A stretch of DNA of 64,000 nt, from assembly GCA_004431415.1 (NCBI GenBank), contig QPMI01000078.1:183455-247454 (forward strand). The letters run 5' to 3'. Shown in pieces: positions 59,502-64,000 of this stretch. The notes under the pieces are model-generated. The model was not told the origin of the DNA and searched no databases. It saw only the letters and a program-made list of their open reading frames with translations. The stretch is from Cyanophora paradoxa CCMP329 (lineage: Eukaryota > Plantae > Glaucophyta). A program made the position numbers and the translations under genes. Position 1 is the stretch's first letter. The number at the start of each line of letters is the position of its first letter.

Positions 59502-61567
59502 CTGCACAGAAGTCAGATCAAATCGAGGGAAAGCGAGGTGCGTCAAGCAACAAAATCAGAGAAGGCGCGCTTCTAGAGGCTTCGGGGCAGCATCGCACCG
59601 TGTTGCTATAGAGGGATTCGTCGGCTGCAGCAGGGGCCGCAATCTGGGCCTTCACCCCCCAGCCCGTGCTTCGCCACCTCCTGCGGCGCCTCGGCGCGGG
59701 CTTCAACTGCACGTCAGGCGCGTTCGACCGTTGAGATCTAAGCGAAAGCACTCACCTCATCAACCGCGGCTGTGGCCTCATGCTTGTCGGCCGTCGCCTC
59801 GAGCTCGTGCATGTTGACCATGACCTCGTCCTGCGTGACGAAGATCACGCTTCGAGCGCGAAGACCACGACGCGGCGACGATACGCGACCGCAGGGCTGG
59901 AGCGCTCACTCAAGCTGGAGCGTCGACGTCTGTCGGCGGACGAACTCCACGGAACGGACGAGCGCACGTGCACCGACCGCTCCTGCGCAACATGTTCAGC
60001 ACAGAGAGCACTTGTGAAGACCGCAGCACTCCGGCGGCAAGAATTACACGGCGGCTGGCCGATCGAACCTTGCGAGACTGCGGAAAAAGCCGCCCGGCGC
60101 TCAACGGGGATGCCTTCCACGTCTAGGAACTCTCTGAGAAGCAAAAAACGCATGAGCGCCCAGCAGCTCGCTGGAGACAGGCCATCAGACCTGGTCTGTC
60201 CAACTCCAGCTGTAATTCACGGCTTCCGCGGCCTCCCTGCGCGAGAACAAGGCACAACAGCAAGCTAGAGGCCCCTAGAAGCTGCTCAAGCGCGGGTTAG
60301 GTGCAGTTGAGCCGCTGTTTGAGGCTACTGGCCGTTGGCGAGGGTCTGCGTATACCCCGGACCAGCTGAGTCTACCCTGGGCCCGGGGCTGCGAGCCGAG
60401 CTTAACGTGCCGTTAGCCTTTGCCGTACAGCTAGCCGACGACCGAATGTAGCAGCTGGGCAACAGCGCTTGCGTCCAGCAGTCAATCGGGCGCACGCGGC
60501 GCGTGGCGGTCGCCCTGCAGCTGCAGGTGCACGCTGAGATAGTCGCTGTTCGTGAGCCGCCGCTTCTGGTGGAAGCGCACCGGCAAGTGATGCGGAGTAC
60601 TAGTCGCAACGTTCGCATTGAGAGCCCACGGTTCGCCGGGCCGGGCGTGCGAGACTGCACTAAGCACATACGAAGATTGCACACACTGCAGGAGTTTGCA
60701 CCACTGTCGCGCGTCGCTCGCTCGGCCACGCGCCTTCGAACCGACCCCACCACACAGATTCCACGCGTACGACGCGCTGCCGTGCGTGCCGGTGCGCTTG
60801 CGCCCGTATCGCAGGATCTCGCTCTCTTCTTCATGGAAGTGCTGGTGCGGTGCACAGACATACGCCTGCCTCGTCCTGGACTCCGGACGCTCGATTTGAT
60901 CCGAGTCTGTCACGGACCCCACCTGGAGAAACTCATGCTAGAGGACTGCACAGGGCGCGCGCCGCTCTGCCTAGTGGCAGAATCTTGTAGAACGTTTGTA
61001 AATTGATTGTTTCGCTGTCTAGGATCGAGCCCAGGTCCTGCGCATGCGCCATAGCACGGGCTCTTCACGGGCTCGATGTTAGAGCAAGCTACCTGGCCGC
61101 ATTCTCACTGAAATCACTGAGTTAAATGAAAGGATAATGGATGTACATCATGCTGTTCGATTTTCATCCTGTGCGAACGTGCGGCACGTTCAATCCCGAT
61201 CATGATCATCGGATCACTGATCATGCCATGATGAGTCACAACTTGGCAACATCATGAGTGCTAGTTGTACCTTCGGCTTGTGGACTGAACCCGTTGAACA
61301 TGATAGTGCGGCACTATGTCGCCCACCGTGGGCCAGCACATCACATATAATTATAAGATATTAGTCAATTAACTTAGTTATAAAAGCGTGAATCTCCTCT
61401 GGTGGCTTGCCCCGAGGCTCTAGGGTCCGGACACGAACGGGGAAAGCCTTGAAGAGTGCATCTGAGCCACAGTGCCGCAGTGCGCACTGTCGCGCAGCCA
61501 TGAAGAAGTACATCAAAGCAACACATGCTGACGCGCTAACAAGCCTTGAAGCCGCAGAGCCCCCGCT

Positions 61568-62600
61568 CCGTGCCACTAGCCCCGACCCCGCCCGCCGCGC
61601 CCCCGCCCCGTGCAGCGAGCTCCGCCGCCGCCCGCCGCGCCCCCGCCCCGTGCGGCGAGCCCCGCCGCCGCCCGCCGAGCCTCCGCACCGTGCGGCGAGC
61701 TCCGCCGCCGCCCGCCGCGCCCCGCCCCGTGCGGCGAGCCCCGCCGCCACCCGCCGCCCCCGCCCGTGCGGCGAGCCCCGCCGCCGCCCGCCGAGCCTCC
61801 GCACCGTGCGGCGAGCTCCGCGCCGCCCGCCGCGCCCCGCCCCGTGCGGCGAGCCCCGCCGCCACCCGCCGCGCCCCGCCCGTGCAGCGAGCTCCGCCGC
61901 CGCCCGCCGCGCCCCCGCCCGTGCGGCGAGCCCGCCGCCGCCCGCCGCGCCCCGCCCCGTGCGGACGGCTGCGGCGAGCCCCGCCGCTGCCCGCCGAGCT
62001 TCCGCACCGTGCGGCGAGGCGCGCCGCCGCCCGCCGAGCCTCCGCCCGCTCGGCGAGCTCCGCCGCCGCCCGCCGAGCCCCGCCCGTGCGGCGAGCCCCG
62101 CCGCCGCCCGCCGAGCCTCCGCACCGTGCGGCGAGGCGCGCCGCCGCCCGCCGCGCCCCCGCCCGTGCGGCGAGCCCCGCCGCCGCCCGCCGAGCCCCGC
62201 CCGTGCGGCGAGCCACGCGCCGCCGCCGCGCCCCCGCCCGTGCGGCGAGCCCCGCCGCCACCCGCCGAGCCTCCGCCCGTGCGGCGAGCTCCGCCGCCGC
62301 CCGCGCGCCCTCGCCCCGTGCGGCGAGCCCCGCCGCCACCCGCCGAGCCTCCGCCCGTGCGGCGAGCCACGCCGCGGCCCGCTTCGCCCCGTGCGGCGAG
62401 GTGCGCCGCAGCCCGCCGCGCCTCCGCCCCGCTCAGCGAGCCACGCCGCCGCCCGCCGAGCCCCGCCCGTGCGGCGAGCCGCGCCGCCGCCCGCCGCGCC
62501 TCCACCCCAAGCGGAGAGCCCCGCCGCCCGCCGCGTCTGCGCCCCGCCCGGTGAGGCGCGACGCCGCGCACCGCACCTCCGCCCGCCCGGCGAGGCGCGC
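61568..62600. repeat. ~39-bp GC-rich minisatellite (CCGTGCGGCGAGCyCCGCCGCCGCCCGCCG...), ~25 copies
   Basis: Directly visible in the sequence. Confidence 0.92.
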
Positions 62601-62621
62601 CGCCGCCCTGGCGCGGACCGC

Positions 62622-63770
62622 GGCGGGGCTGCACGGGCGGGCTTGGCGTGAGTTGGCGGCGTCGGCGGCGTCGCGGCGTCGTCCCTTCGCGCCCGAGGCC
62701 CTCGGGGCTTCCCGGCGCGGACTCCTGCGGCGGGGGACGCGGCGGCGGGCGCAGAGCGCGGGCGGGGCTGCACGGGCGGGCTTGGCGTGAGCTGGCGGCG
62801 TCGGCGGCGTCGCGGCGTCGTCCCTTCGCGCCCGAGGCCTCGGGCTTCCCGGCGCGGACTCCTGCGGCGGGGGACGCGGCGGGCGGCGCGGAGCGCGGGC
62901 GGGCTGCACGGGCGGCTTGGCGTGAGCTGGCGGCGTCGGCGGCGTCGCGGCGTCGTCCCTTCGCGCCCGAGGCCCTCGGGCTTCCCGGCGCGGACTCCTG
63001 CGGCGGGGCGCGCAGCGGGCGGGCGCAGAGCGCGGGCGGGGCTGCACGGGCGGGCTTGGCGTGTGCTGGCGGCGTCGGCGGCGTCGCGGCGTCGTCCCTT
63101 CACGCCCGAGGCCCTCGGGCTTCCCGGCGCGGACTCCTGCGGCGGGGACGCGGCGGGCGGCGCGGAGCGCGGGCGGGGCTGCACGGGCGGGCTTGGCGTG
63201 AGCTGGCGGCGTCGGCGGCGTCGCGGCGTCGTCCCTCGCGCCGAGGCTCTCGGGGCGGCCCGGCGCGGGCTCCTGCGGCGGGCGCGCGGCGGGCGGCGCG
63301 GAGCGCGGGCGGGGCTGCACGGGCGGGCTTGGCGTGAGCTGGCGGCGTCGGCGGCGTCGCGGCGTCGTCCCTTCGCGCCCGAGGCCCTCAGGGCTTCCCG
63401 GCGCGGACTCCTGCGGCGGGCGCGCAGCGGGCGGGCGCAGAGCGCGGGCGGGGCTGCACGGGCGGGCTTGGCGTGAGCTGGCGGCGTCGGCGGCGTCGCG
63501 GCGTCGTCCTTCGCGCCGAGGCCTCGGGCTTCCCGCGCGGACTCCTGCGGCGGGGACGCAGCGGGCGGGCGCGGAGCGCGGGCGGGGCTGCACGGCGGGC
63601 TTGGCGTGAGCTGGCGGCGTCGGCGGCAACGCGGCGTCGTCCCCTCGCGCCGAGGCCCTCGGGGCGGCCCGGCGCGGGCTCCTGCGGCGGGGCGCGCGGC
63701 GGGCGGGCGCGGAGCGCGGGCGGGGCTGCACGGGCGGGCTTGGCGTGAGCTGGCGGCGTCGGCGGGCGGC
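62622..63770. repeat. ~138-bp GC-rich tandem repeat, ~8 copies
   Basis: GGGCTGCACGGGCGGGCTTGGCGTGAGCTGGCGGCGTCGG recurs about every 137-139 bp. Confidence 0.92.
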
Positions 63771-64000
63771 GGGCGGGCGCAGAACGCGGGCCCGCCCGCC
63801 CAGCGATCCCTACCAAGTGAGTGAGCAGCCAGCGAACCAGAGCGAACCAGGCTAACGCACCTCGTATCCAAGTTGCCAAGTTGCCAAGTTGCCCACCGCA
63901 TCGATGCTGCACAGCCGTTGCCAAGTTGGAATACAGGTCCTCGTCCTCGTTGCTGCACAGGCACCTGCGCACCGTGAGCAATCGAACAGCAAGGTACGAG

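Larger units (their letters stand above)
58007..64000. mobile_element. CACTA/EnSpm-like DNA transposon, left part (right end outside the window)
   Basis: Begins CACTAAGAGAAT exactly where the kelch exon breaks. It has subterminal direct and inverted GTTCCGGAA/TTCGGAAC motifs, an internal spliced gene with a TNP1-like C-terminal domain, and internal tandem arrays. Confidence 0.75.

Noticed and set aside
59310-59576. Acidic 88-aa + strand ORF
   Set aside because: It is antisense to a - strand exon with clean splice sites that joins in frame to downstream exons.
61361-63964. 867-aa and other ORFs over the terminal arrays
   Set aside because: They are translations of tandem repeats that lack stop codons.

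Overview
This is very GC-rich eukaryotic genomic DNA with dense genes and many short (about 55-100 nt) spliceosomal introns. Donors are GT or GC, the branch point is typically GCTGAC/GCTCAC and the acceptor is GCAG. Because of this, most long ORFs in the supplied track are artefacts, so gene models were rebuilt by eye. A plastid transit peptide with an N-terminal Phe suggests a glaucophyte- or red-alga-like host (inference). Left to right: (1) a ~5.46 kb tandem duplication holding truncated VPS11 copies and a small 3-exon tail-anchored gene, next to full-length VPS11 (-); (2) a ferlin (+) whose two longest introns each carry a conserved box C/D snoRNA-like element; (3) a GPI-anchored secreted protein (-), an EF-hand protein with a 9-nt micro-exon (+), RPL15 (-), a Cys/His-domain + TPR protein (-) and a plastid-targeted GNAT (+); (4) an ~18 kb gene for a giant FN3-repeat/PKD-like multi-pass membrane protein (-); (5) a SNAP-25-type SNARE (-), an ankyrin protein (+) and a kelch gene (+). 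The kelch gene is cut mid-exon at 58007 by a CACTA/EnSpm-like transposon that carries subterminal repeats, a spliced TNP1-like gene and three satellite arrays and runs off the window. Highlights are the intronic snoRNA pair, recurrent duplications of 5' splice junctions with AT-rich fold-back filler, a truncated VPS11 paralog with a new in-frame ATG and mostly synonymous divergence, and the CACTA insertion. All coordinates were read by eye and nothing was searched against databases.
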